From: Limisphaerales bacterium
GTDB lineage: Bacteria > Verrucomicrobiota > Verrucomicrobiia > Limisphaerales > UBA11358
Assembly: GCA_003134375.1 (NCBI GenBank)
Contig: PLAY01000151.1
Coordinates: 1-59,113, forward strand
Reading direction: 5' to 3'
DNA: 59,113 nucleotides
The position numbers and the translations under genes were made by a program. Position 1 is the first letter of the stretch. Each line of letters opens with the position of its first letter. Under the pieces are notes generated by a model that saw only the letters and a program-made list of their open reading frames with translations, did no database searches and was not told where the DNA came from. Below, one piece after another: positions 47,336 to 55,884 of the stretch.

Positions 47336-47433
47336 GCAGATTGGCAGCCATCGTAAGCCGCAGCAAATTTAAGGCAATCGAAAACAGATACCGCTCCGCG
47401 TCAGCCAACCAGCCTATTCCTGTCGTGATGATT

Positions 47434-47595
47434 TCTCCGTGTGCAGAATCATAGAGGCAAAATCCCCGGAGCCGGGCGGCGGGTGCAATGTGGAGCACAG
47501 CCGGATGAGGCGAGCAATACATTGACGCGCCGACCGGCGACACATAATCGGCCTCTGATTCACGCGCACGGCTCCAACGCAGATGCGTCACGATT
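47434..47595. repeat. Structured non-coding repeat, copy D
   Basis: Reverse complement of copy A (3966-4098); also shares about 25 extra bp with copy B. Confidence 0.9.
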
Positions 47596-48186
47596 AAAAC
47601 AGCACATTGCATCGGACAAGCCGCCGGACATCCAGGCGGATGAAAGCCGGAAGTTGGTTGGCAGCATACGCAGCGGATGACGCGGCACTTAACGTGGCAA
47701 CCAAGTTGGCATCATGCGTGGCATCGAGCACAGCACCGGACGCCGCATTTGGGTTGGCGTCACACGGCGTACTGATACGCATGGCATGGCGCAATTTTCG
47801 CGCACCAATGAGCGGAGCAGAAAACCTTAATTTGTTAAGGGGTAGCGCGTGCCTTGCAAAAAAGATGACAATTGGTGGCTGGGTGGATGCTAAACAATTG
47901 CCAATGTGATGCGGATGAATTGAACGTTTCGTGACTGCGATTGCGTGAGTTAAGTGAACATTTCGCGTTGGGAAAACGAATGCGTTATCTCCCGTGTGTC
48001 TGGATGGTAAAACGAGCAAAGGACTTTCAATCGTTGCCACAGCTCGTTAGCGCGCATGGATACCTGGCGGGCAAGCCGTTCAGTTCCGCATTTGGTGCTG
48101 AATGATCTGCCAGAAAACGGCCGTCATTTTGTGTTGAATCTACACAAACACACACCCGGTTTCGCGTAAATTCACTTCCAAATGAG

Positions 48187-48492
48187 ATGGAGATCAAATT
48201 TGTGAATAGTGAGCGGAAAAGTTTTCAGAACGTCAGCCTAACGCCGCCCGGCAGTATGGAAGCGCGGGACAGTGGCATCCGTGGCGAACAAAGCCAAACT
48301 CCGGCAGGTGAAGTTGGTTTCATTGACGAAAAGCAACTGCTGGCGCGGCTGCCCGTGAGCCGCCGCACGTTGTTCAACTGGCGCACGACCGGCAAAATCC
48401 CCTGCGTGAGGCTCGGCGGGCGTCGCATCCTGTTTCACTGGCCGTCAGTCGAGGCCGCGTTGCTGCGTCACCAGCACGGCGGCAATTTGTAA
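48187..48492 (+). CDS. Second excisionase-like HTH protein (paralogue of 38103-38357)
   Basis: FIDEKQLLARLPVSRRTLFNWRTTGKIPCVRLGGRRILF; the true start may be downstream of 48187. Confidence 0.8.
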   Translation: MEIKFVNSERKSFQNVSLTPPGSMEARDSGIRGEQSQTPAGEVGFIDEKQLLARLPVSRRTLFNWRTTGKIPCVRLGGRRILFHWPSVEAALLRHQHGGNL

Positions 48493-48539
48493 GGAACGCT
48501 TGCAAATTCATGCGTTCTCACGTTTGATGAGTTAAAGCC

Positions 48540-49511
48540 TTGCGAACATGGCACAATCCACAGGAGAATTTGCCCGTGAAAATCCTAATGCCAGCACAGA
48601 TCAACGCCGACGGCTTGCTGCCGTTTCTGGCAATACTGGGCAGACCGCTGGCAGCAGGTGATGAAGTAGTGCTGGATTTTTCCGAACTGCGCCGCGTGAC
48701 GCCTGCCGGGTTGGTCGCGCTGGTGGCCACTGTCGTCCGCTGGCGGCGCGAGCATCATCCAATGACATTTGCAGGATTAAAGACCTGTTCAATCCTCGGT
48801 TATTTGCAACGGATGGATGTATTCAAAACTTGCGGGGTTGAACTTCAGGAAACATTTCAACGGCATGAAGCAAAAGGGCGTTTCGTGCCGGTGCGTTTCA
48901 TTGACCACCAGATAAGTGCGATGGGAACCGATTTGGCGGGTTGCCTGGCTCCCGGTGGTGAGGAGTATGGCCACCCCATGTGCGACCTCTATGATCTGTC
49001 GTGGTATGTCTTGACGGAAATAGCAAACAATGTTCGCCAGCACAGTCACGGGCTTGGCTATGTGTCGGCGCAGGTCAACCGCACGGAAGGTTTTGTGCGG
49101 TTGGCACTGGCAGATAATGGCTGCGGCATTCTTAAAAGTTTTCAGGATGCTGGATTCAAGTGGAGCGAGGGAATGACCGATGCAGAGGCAATTTGCAAGG
49201 CGTTGGAACCGACGGTTTCATCCAAAGGCAGCCCTACGAATGAAGGTGTCGGGCTGACGCTCGTTGCCGGATTGGTGCGACAGACGAAAAGCTGGCTGAT
49301 GATCGTCAGCGGTTGCGGCGTATTGCAAATTGGTAATGATTTGAAGCCCAAAGCAGTGAATTTGCCGGATGGCGCACGCTATCAAGGCACATTGGTAGTT
49401 ATGACATTTCGCCAGCAAAATGTGCGTGATTATGCCTCGCTGTTGCACGCGGCAAAAACCAACGTTGGACTCTTGCAAAGGTCAGGCAAAGCGATTAGAT
49501 TCTTGCCGTGA
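48540..49511 (+). CDS. STAS-like plus HATPase (histidine-kinase-like ATPase) protein
   Basis: VVLDFSELRRVTPAGL STAS pattern; EIANNVRQH, LADNGCGI and GVGL ATPase boxes. Confidence 0.85.
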   Translation: MRTWHNPQENLPVKILMPAQINADGLLPFLAILGRPLAAGDEVVLDFSELRRVTPAGLVALVATVVRWRREHHPMTFAGLKTCSILGYLQRMDVFKTCGVELQETFQRHEAKGRFVPVRFIDHQISAMGTDLAGCLAPGGEEYGHPMCDLYDLSWYVLTEIANNVRQHSHGLGYVSAQVNRTEGFVRLALADNGCGILKSFQDAGFKWSEGMTDAEAICKALEPTVSSKGSPTNEGVGLTLVAGLVRQTKSWLMIVSGCGVLQIGNDLKPKAVNLPDGARYQGTLVVMTFRQQNVRDYASLLHAAKTNVGLLQRSGKAIRFLP

Positions 49512-49819
49512 ACTTGGAACTTTCCATCCGCGAGCATTTCGGCAGTCATTTGGCCGACGGTGCCAAAGCAGCCGAGTTTCGCCTGGGGCGCATTGATCCT
49601 TATGTGGAGATTTGTCCTCAAATCATTTTGGACTTCACGGGCGTTCGCAACGCCAACAGTTCCTTCATAAATGCGTTGGTTGCTGGCTTAATTGAGCAAC
49701 ACAACGTGAGTGTTTTGAAGAAAGTTGTTTTCAAAGGGTGCAATCCCTCGATTCAGGTTTTGATTCAAGCCGCCGTGGAATTGGGCGTTCAGAAAATCGC
49801 CGGTCGGGTCAATGCTTGA
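49508..49819 (+). CDS. STAS-like (DUF4325-type) protein
   Basis: IILDFTGVRNANSSFINALV pattern; GTGA-coupled to the ATPase gene. Confidence 0.85.
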   Translation: MNLELSIREHFGSHLADGAKAAEFRLGRIDPYVEICPQIILDFTGVRNANSSFINALVAGLIEQHNVSVLKKVVFKGCNPSIQVLIQAAVELGVQKIAGRVNA

Positions 49820-50064
49820 TTACTGCGCCTCAACCGTCTTGGGTTCAATTGGGTAAATCCCAACAATAAGTTTCGCAGAATATTGCCCTTTGTCTGAAAA
49901 CCTCCCTTGCGCTGGCGACGGCGTTTGCGCATTGCCCCCCCCAGCCCGACACCCCGCCCAGACGGTCGGCCAAAAAAGAAATCTTTGTTGCCGGACACCC
50001 GCCATGACGCCCCGTGTGATTCGCTGGCTTGGGCAGGACGCGCTTTGATTGGCTGGACGGGCTG

Positions 50065-50137
50065 GACACAGCCCTGACACAGAATCAAGCCCTGACACAG
50101 CACTGACACAGGCCAAATCCCCGACACAGCCCGACAC
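50065..50137 (+). repeat. GACACAG repeat array (candidate integrase arm sites)
   Basis: Six GACAC(AG) copies near attR; the same CTGACACA motif occurs twice at 35681-35700 near attL. Confidence 0.75.
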
Positions 50138-50264
50138 GTCTTTTTCTACTGCTAGTTGCTCACAGATGCCAGAAAATGCTTGCAATCAAACGGCAATGCC
50201 GTAGTATCACTAGCAGGCCAGTATGAAGAAAGGCAATTATGAGCAATGACGAAAACACCCTGTT

Positions 50265-50301
50265 TGCAGGTTCAAGTCCTGCTATGCGCACCAATTTTCC
50301 T
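50265..50301 (+). repeat. attR core of element 2
   Basis: 37-bp exact duplicate of 35619-35655. Confidence 0.95.
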
Positions 50302-50375
50302 GAGAAAATCGGGCAATCTCAGGAAATTTGCACAGAGTTTGCACAAAATGTTGCCCGTCCTTCGGACAGACGTGT

Positions 50376-50552
50376 GACCTGCCACGCTACGCGGTAGGAA
50401 TCGCGTCCCTTGCACCTGCCGTAGATCGTGGCAAGCACTCGGCCACGGTATTTGATGCGCTTCGGATATTTCACGTTTGCGCCTTCGGATTCAGCCGTTT
50501 CTTGTGTCGGTACTGTGTCAGCAACACCAGATGCCTCAATTTCTTGAGTTTA
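50376..50552 (-). pseudogene. Relic left end and first 33 codons of a paralogous integrase at tRNA-Leu(TAG)
   Basis: VKYPKRIKYRGRVLATIYGRCKGRDSYRVAWQV aligns with the element 2 integrase N-terminus; the upstream arm repeats are also conserved. Confidence 0.88.
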
Positions 50553-50636
50553 TGGTGCGCGCGAGAGGACTTGAACCTCCAACCCTTGCGGGACCAGATC
50601 CTAAGTCTGGCGCGTCTGCCATTCCGCCACGCGCGC
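50553..50636 (-). tRNA. tRNA-Leu (TAG)
   Basis: GCGCGCG/CGCGCGC acceptor stem, anticodon loop CTTAGGA, GTTCAAGTC T-loop, CCA. Confidence 0.98.
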
Positions 50637-50731
50637 AACCGGCATCAAATTGCGCCGCGCACTGCAGAATCTCAAGCCTGGTTTTGCAGCGCGCGATTGC
50701 GCAAGCCGGAAGGTTTGTTTACGTTCAGGTC

Positions 50732-51523
50732 ATGTCATTTTGGTTCAGGTTGGTGGGCGGCGCGTGCGCTGTGGGCTTCGCCGTCGCGTTGAGTGGTTGC
50801 TCGCCGTCGGGGCGAAGCCAGTTGAGCGAGGAAAAAGAGCCGCATTTTGTTCTGGGCAAAAGCCGCGTCAACGCCATGGATTTTCAAGGCGCGATTGAAG
50901 CGTTCGAGCAATCGCTGGAGGCGAATCCCCATTCCGCGACGGCGCATTTTGAACTCGGCTGGCTTTACGACGAAAAGACATCCGAACCCGCCTCGGCGGT
51001 TTATCATTACCAGCAGTATTTGAAGTTAAACCCGAACGCCGACAACGCGGACGTCATCAAACAACGCATTTACCGCTGCAAACAGCAACTGGCGGCAGAC
51101 GTGCTGCCGCTGCCGAGCGCGCCCGCCGCACAACAACAACTGGAAAAACTCTCCGAGCAAAACCGGCAATTGCAGGACGAAGTCGGCAAATGGCGCGCGT
51201 ATTACGCCAGTCAACTGGCGGCGGTCAAAACCAATTCGACACCAACCCCGGTTTACAGCCCGCGGGAGCCAGCCGCAAATCCAACACCAGTTCAACCGAC
51301 GCAAACTATTTCCACCACGCCAGCCGGCGCGAACACGGGCCGTCCCACAAATCCGAAGCCAACCGCCGCCATACCGCGCACGCATACGGTCGTCGCGGGC
51401 GAAACGGCGATGGGCATCACCCGCAAGTTCGGCGTGAAACTCGGTGCGTTGCAGGCGGCGAATCCGGGCGTGAACCTAAGCCGGATTCACACCGGCCAGA
51501 TCCTGAACCTTCCGGCCCCGTGA
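50732..51523 (+). CDS. TPR plus LysM domain lipoprotein
   Basis: Lipobox ALSGC; TPR (AHFELGWLY); C-terminal LysM HTVVAGET...LQAANPG. Confidence 0.9.
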   Translation: MSFWFRLVGGACAVGFAVALSGCSPSGRSQLSEEKEPHFVLGKSRVNAMDFQGAIEAFEQSLEANPHSATAHFELGWLYDEKTSEPASAVYHYQQYLKLNPNADNADVIKQRIYRCKQQLAADVLPLPSAPAAQQQLEKLSEQNRQLQDEVGKWRAYYASQLAAVKTNSTPTPVYSPREPAANPTPVQPTQTISTTPAGANTGRPTNPKPTAAIPRTHTVVAGETAMGITRKFGVKLGALQAANPGVNLSRIHTGQILNLPAP

Positions 51524-51532
51524 TCGGTCCGC

Positions 51533-52336
51533 ATGATTCCGCGTCTCACATTTCTTTCGATTGCGGCATTTTGGGTCGCGATGAACATCCTGTTATGGCG
51601 CTCGGAATATGGTTCGCGCGGCAGTGGCATTCCTGTGCCGGTGGATTTAGTGTGGCGGAAAGTTTTGACCGCGCCGGACACCTCATCACTCACGGTTTAT
51701 CAAGACGGGCAAAAAACCGGCTTCTGCGAATTTTCCACCAGCGTCGAACAAGCCATGGCCGTGCTCGATGAAGACAAACCGCCGCCGGAAGGCATCGTCG
51801 CGCGCGCCGGCTACCAGATCCGGTTTGATGGCAACGTGAGTGTCGGCGAATACACAAACCGGCTCACCTTCGATGGCCGCATTCAATTTTCGTCCAGCCG
51901 CGCCTGGCGCGAATTGTATCTGAAATTGTCATCGCATGGTGCCGCGGTGGAAATCCATTCTGCAACCACCAACCAAACCATTCATCTGAAAATCACCGGC
52001 GACGGCGCGGTCATCGAACGGGATTTCACCTTTGACGATTTGCAAAATCCCAACACGTTGTTGCACACGTTCGCCGGGGAGTTCGGCGGCGGACTGCTGA
52101 GCGATCTGGATTTGCCTGCCATTCCGCAAACACCGTCTGCACTTGCTGGCAGTCTCCGTTGGGAAGCCCATCACGACCGGCTGATGGTGGGCCGCGAGCC
52201 GGTGTCGGCCTACCGTCTGGAAACGCGCGCGCTCGATCATCCGATTGTCATTTACGTCAGCACCCTGGGCGAAATTTTGCGCGTTGAATTGCCGGGGGGC
52301 ATGACCGCGGTGCTCGACCAGCTGGGCGGTTCCTGA
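51533..52336 (+). CDS. Exported hypothetical protein
   Basis: N-terminal hydrophobic anchor; operon position before the ABC ATPase. Confidence 0.8.
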   Translation: MIPRLTFLSIAAFWVAMNILLWRSEYGSRGSGIPVPVDLVWRKVLTAPDTSSLTVYQDGQKTGFCEFSTSVEQAMAVLDEDKPPPEGIVARAGYQIRFDGNVSVGEYTNRLTFDGRIQFSSSRAWRELYLKLSSHGAAVEIHSATTNQTIHLKITGDGAVIERDFTFDDLQNPNTLLHTFAGEFGGGLLSDLDLPAIPQTPSALAGSLRWEAHHDRLMVGREPVSAYRLETRALDHPIVIYVSTLGEILRVELPGGMTAVLDQLGGS

Positions 52337-52346
52337 AACGCGTGCC

Positions 52347-53072
52347 ATGATCGAACTCATCCATCTCGTCAAGAAATTCGGCGACCTTGTAGCGGTCAAC
52401 GATGTTACGCTCACGGTGCCGCGGGGCGAATTTTTTGCGATGCTGGGGCCGAACGCCGCGGGAAAGACAACCACGCTGAAAATTCTCGCCGGCCTGATGA
52501 GACCCACTTCCGGATCGGCGCGGGTGTGTGGTTTTGACGTGCAATTGCAACCTTTGGAAGCGCGGCGGCGCATTGCTTATGTCCCCGATTTTCCGTTTCT
52601 CTATGACAAGTTGACGGCTTGGGAATTTTTCCGCTTCACCGGGCAGTTGTTCCAGATGGACGACACAGGAATCGAGGCGAACGTGCAGGAATTGGTCACG
52701 CGTTTTCATCTGGATGACTTTGTGAATCAGCCGCTCGAAGGCCTTTCGCACGGCACGCGCCAGCGCGTGGCCATCGTGTCCGCGCTGCTACACGACCCGG
52801 AGGCGTTTGTGATTGACGAGCCGATGGTGGGCCTTGACCCGCAACACGCCCGCGTGGTGAAAGACGTGCTGAAGGAACGCTCAGCCCAAGGCATGACCGT
52901 GCTGGTGTCCACGCATCAGTTGAGCATTGCCGAGGAAATGGCCGACCGCATCGGCATCATCCACAACGGCCGATTGATTGCGGTCGGCAACCGCGATGAA
53001 CTCCGCCGCCAAAGCGGCAGCTCTGGCCAGCTCGAAGAAATTTTCCTGTCGCTGACAGCGGAAGGAAAGTGA
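52347..53072 (+). CDS. ABC transporter ATP-binding protein
   Basis: GPNAAGKT, LSHG signature variant, IDEP, STH. Confidence 0.95.
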   Translation: MIELIHLVKKFGDLVAVNDVTLTVPRGEFFAMLGPNAAGKTTTLKILAGLMRPTSGSARVCGFDVQLQPLEARRRIAYVPDFPFLYDKLTAWEFFRFTGQLFQMDDTGIEANVQELVTRFHLDDFVNQPLEGLSHGTRQRVAIVSALLHDPEAFVIDEPMVGLDPQHARVVKDVLKERSAQGMTVLVSTHQLSIAEEMADRIGIIHNGRLIAVGNRDELRRQSGSSGQLEEIFLSLTAEGK

Positions 53073-53253
53073 GGTGCAAATTTATTGGGAGGGACGGCGT
53101 GTCGCCGTCCCAAACCTCCTGAGCGTGATTCAGGCACCCCAACATGGCGTCCTTCACAGTTTTAAATTTCTTTTGTGCCATCAAAGCCCATTTTTGATTT
53201 GACAAACCCATTGATTGCGCCAAATTGTCACTCTGGAATATTGATTCCACTCA

Positions 53254-54507
53254 ATGCCAGCGCCCAAATCCAGTTTTCTTGACAAAGTGCTTGGCCGCAT
53301 CGGACGGCTGGACGCGGAAGGTCTGCAAACTGTCGTCCAGCGGCTCGCGCGGGAGCGTAGTTTTCTTGAAACTCTGTTCAACACGATTGAAGACGGCGTG
53401 CTGGTCGTGGACGAACAGGGTCACGTCATTTATTTCAACCAGGCCGTCACCCGATTGATTGGTTTGCAACCCAGCGTTGAAGGACAGCACATTAGAACTT
53501 TGCTGCCTGAGGTGGATTGGGAAAAGATTTCGCGGGCGGATGACCCCGGTGGTGAACGCATCACCCGCCATGAATTTGAAGTGCATTATCCACGTCCGCG
53601 TTTTTTGCGGCTCTATGCCGCGCCGCTGGACGGCGAAACCGCCGGCAGTTCCGGCGTCGCGCTCATTTTGCACGACGCGACTGAGGCGCGGCAGAAGACC
53701 TTTGAAGCCATTGAAAGCGAGCGCGTGCAGGCGCTCACGCTGCTCGCCGCCAGTGTCGCGCACGAAATCGGCAATCCGCTCAACGCGCTGCACATTCATT
53801 TGCAACTCATGGAGCGCGAGTTGAAAAAACTCAAGACGAACGCCGCGAACCCAAAATCGGGTTCGCGGTCGCGCTCGCAAATCTTGTCTGCCGAAGCTGA
53901 CACGGCGGATATTTCCCGCAAATTGGAGCAATACCTTGGTGTGGCCAAAGGCGAAATCAACCGGCTGGATTACATTGTCACGCAATTTTTGCAGGCCATC
54001 CGCCCGGTGCCGTTGCAATTGAAAGTGACTTCGCTTAATGCCGTGGTGGAAAAAACGCTCGAATTGCTGCGGCCGGAACTCGACAATCGCGGCCTGATCG
54101 TGGAGCTCAAGCTGGCGCGCCAGTTGACCGCCACGCCGATGGATCCCATACAAATGCAGCAGGTTTTGGTGAACCTCGTCAAGAATGCGGTGCACGCGAT
54201 GACCCGGGGCGGCACGCTCACGTTGCAGACCGGTGAAGGCGAGGATGGTGTTTGGATGAGCGTTGCGGACACGGGCGGCGGCATTCCACAGGAACAAATT
54301 AACCGCATCTTCGAGCCGTTTTTCACGACGAAGCAAACCGGCACCGGCCTCGGCTTAATGATCGTGCAGCGCATCGTTCGCACGCACGGCGGCAGAATTG
54401 AACTCGAAAGCCACGTCGGTCGCGGCACGACCTTCCGCGTCTGGCTGCCATGGCATGAACGCAAACCGCGTTTGCTCGAGGAAAAAACCGCCGATGCTCA
54501 ACGCTGA
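53254..54507 (+). CDS. PAS-domain sensor histidine kinase
   Basis: AHEIGNPL H-box, NLVKNA, DTGGG and GTGLGL boxes. Confidence 0.95.
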   Translation: MPAPKSSFLDKVLGRIGRLDAEGLQTVVQRLARERSFLETLFNTIEDGVLVVDEQGHVIYFNQAVTRLIGLQPSVEGQHIRTLLPEVDWEKISRADDPGGERITRHEFEVHYPRPRFLRLYAAPLDGETAGSSGVALILHDATEARQKTFEAIESERVQALTLLAASVAHEIGNPLNALHIHLQLMERELKKLKTNAANPKSGSRSRSQILSAEADTADISRKLEQYLGVAKGEINRLDYIVTQFLQAIRPVPLQLKVTSLNAVVEKTLELLRPELDNRGLIVELKLARQLTATPMDPIQMQQVLVNLVKNAVHAMTRGGTLTLQTGEGEDGVWMSVADTGGGIPQEQINRIFEPFFTTKQTGTGLGLMIVQRIVRTHGGRIELESHVGRGTTFRVWLPWHERKPRLLEEKTADAQR

Positions 54508-54513
54508 AAAATT

Positions 54514-55881
54514 GTGACTGAAAAGCCGACATTATTGATTGTGGATGACGAGAAACCGACACGCGACGGGCTCCGCGCGGCGCTCGAAGACCGCTACGAC
54601 GTTTACGTGGCGGAAGACGCCGGGGCGGCGATGGAGCTGCTGGAGCGTGAAAAATTCGACGTGTTGCTCACCGATTTTCGCCTGCCGAACGAGGATGGCT
54701 TGAAGCTTATCGCGCGCGCCAAGTCGCTGGCCCGGCCACCCATCTGCATTTTGATGACGGCTTACGGTTCGGAGGAACTCGCGGTGGACGCAATGAAGCG
54801 CGGCGCGGACGATTACATCGCCAAAGGGCGGCTGCAAATTGACGAATTGGAAATGCGCATTGCACACGCGTTGCGCCAGCAAAATCTCGAATCGGAAAAC
54901 GTTTCACTGCGTCAACAACTCGATTCAAAGTTTGGCCTGGAAAACATGGTGGGCGAATCACCGGTGATGCGGGAGGTTTTTGAAATTGTCCGGCAAGTCG
55001 CGCCCACGCGGGCGACGGTGTTGCTGGCGGGCGAAAGCGGCACGGGCAAGGAACTGGTGGCGAAGGCGATTCACCAGCTCAGCCCGCGCGCGAAACAGCC
55101 GCTGGTCACGGTGCATTGCGCCGCGCTCGCGCCGACACTGCTGGAAAGCGAGCTGTTCGGTCACGAAAAGGGCGCGTTCACCGGCGCGTACGAGCGCCGC
55201 ATCGGTCGTTTCGAGCAGGCGCAGGGCGGCACGCTGTTTCTCGATGAAATCGGCGAAATTGACGGGACGATTCAAGTGAAGCTGCTCCGCTTTCTCGGCG
55301 AACGGACGTTTGAGCGCGTCGGCTCCAACAAGACTTTGACCGCCGATGTCCGGCTGATTGCCGCCACCAACAAAAACCTGGAGGAACTGGTCAAAGCCGG
55401 CACGTTCCGCGAGGATTTGTTTTTCCGGTTGCGGGTGGTGGAAATTCAATTGCCGCCGTTGCGCGAGCGGGCGGGCGACATTCCGCTGCTGGCGCAAAAA
55501 TTTTTGCGCGAGTTCGCGCACGAGAACGGCAAGCCGTTGAACGCTTTCACGGCGGACGCGCTCGAATGGCTGATGCATTATTCGTGGCCGGGCAACGTGC
55601 GCGAGCTGCGCACGGCCATCGAACACGCGGTGGTGTTGTGCCGCGGGGAAAAAATCTCGGCGCGCGATTTGCCGCCGCCAGTGCGGGCGGGCGGGCCATC
55701 CGGCAATCTGGCGCCATCACTGGCGCGGAATGATTTAACGGTGAGGGAAGCAGAGAAACAATTAATCATTCGCGCCTTGAAAGAAACGGATGGCAATCGT
55801 ACACTGGCGGCGGAAAAAATTGGCATGAGCCGGCGAACGTTTCATCGAAAATTGCACCTATACCATTTGGAAGGATTTTGA
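54514..55881 (+). CDS. Sigma-54-dependent (NtrC-family) response regulator
   Basis: Receiver domain, GESGTGKE, GAFTGA, WPGNVREL, Fis-type HTH. Confidence 0.97.
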   Translation: MTEKPTLLIVDDEKPTRDGLRAALEDRYDVYVAEDAGAAMELLEREKFDVLLTDFRLPNEDGLKLIARAKSLARPPICILMTAYGSEELAVDAMKRGADDYIAKGRLQIDELEMRIAHALRQQNLESENVSLRQQLDSKFGLENMVGESPVMREVFEIVRQVAPTRATVLLAGESGTGKELVAKAIHQLSPRAKQPLVTVHCAALAPTLLESELFGHEKGAFTGAYERRIGRFEQAQGGTLFLDEIGEIDGTIQVKLLRFLGERTFERVGSNKTLTADVRLIAATNKNLEELVKAGTFREDLFFRLRVVEIQLPPLRERAGDIPLLAQKFLREFAHENGKPLNAFTADALEWLMHYSWPGNVRELRTAIEHAVVLCRGEKISARDLPPPVRAGGPSGNLAPSLARNDLTVREAEKQLIIRALKETDGNRTLAAEKIGMSRRTFHRKLHLYHLEGF

Positions 55882-55884
55882 TCT

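Larger units (their letters stand above)
35619..50301. mobile_element. Element 2: ~14.7 kb integrative element (phage-satellite/IME-like) in tRNA-Leu(GAG)
   Basis: Exact 37-bp direct repeat at 35619-35655 and 50265-50301; integrase next to attL; excisionase-like and Rep genes; defence-type cargo. Confidence 0.93.

Noticed and set aside
47522-47548. TTGACG...CATAAT promoter inside the hairpin repeat (also 41944-41970)
   Set aside because: The spacer is only 15 bp and the -10 is not conserved in copy A.
47594-48040. 148-aa minus-strand ORF and the overlapping 100-aa plus-strand ORF
   Set aside because: Neither has a recognisable motif or a clear start; coding strand cannot be chosen from sequence alone.
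2004-50301. Retron, DGR, group II intron or complete prophage as the explanation for the structured RNAs
   Set aside because: No reverse-transcriptase motif (YADD-like), capsid, portal, large terminase or tail gene was recognised in any listed ORF.
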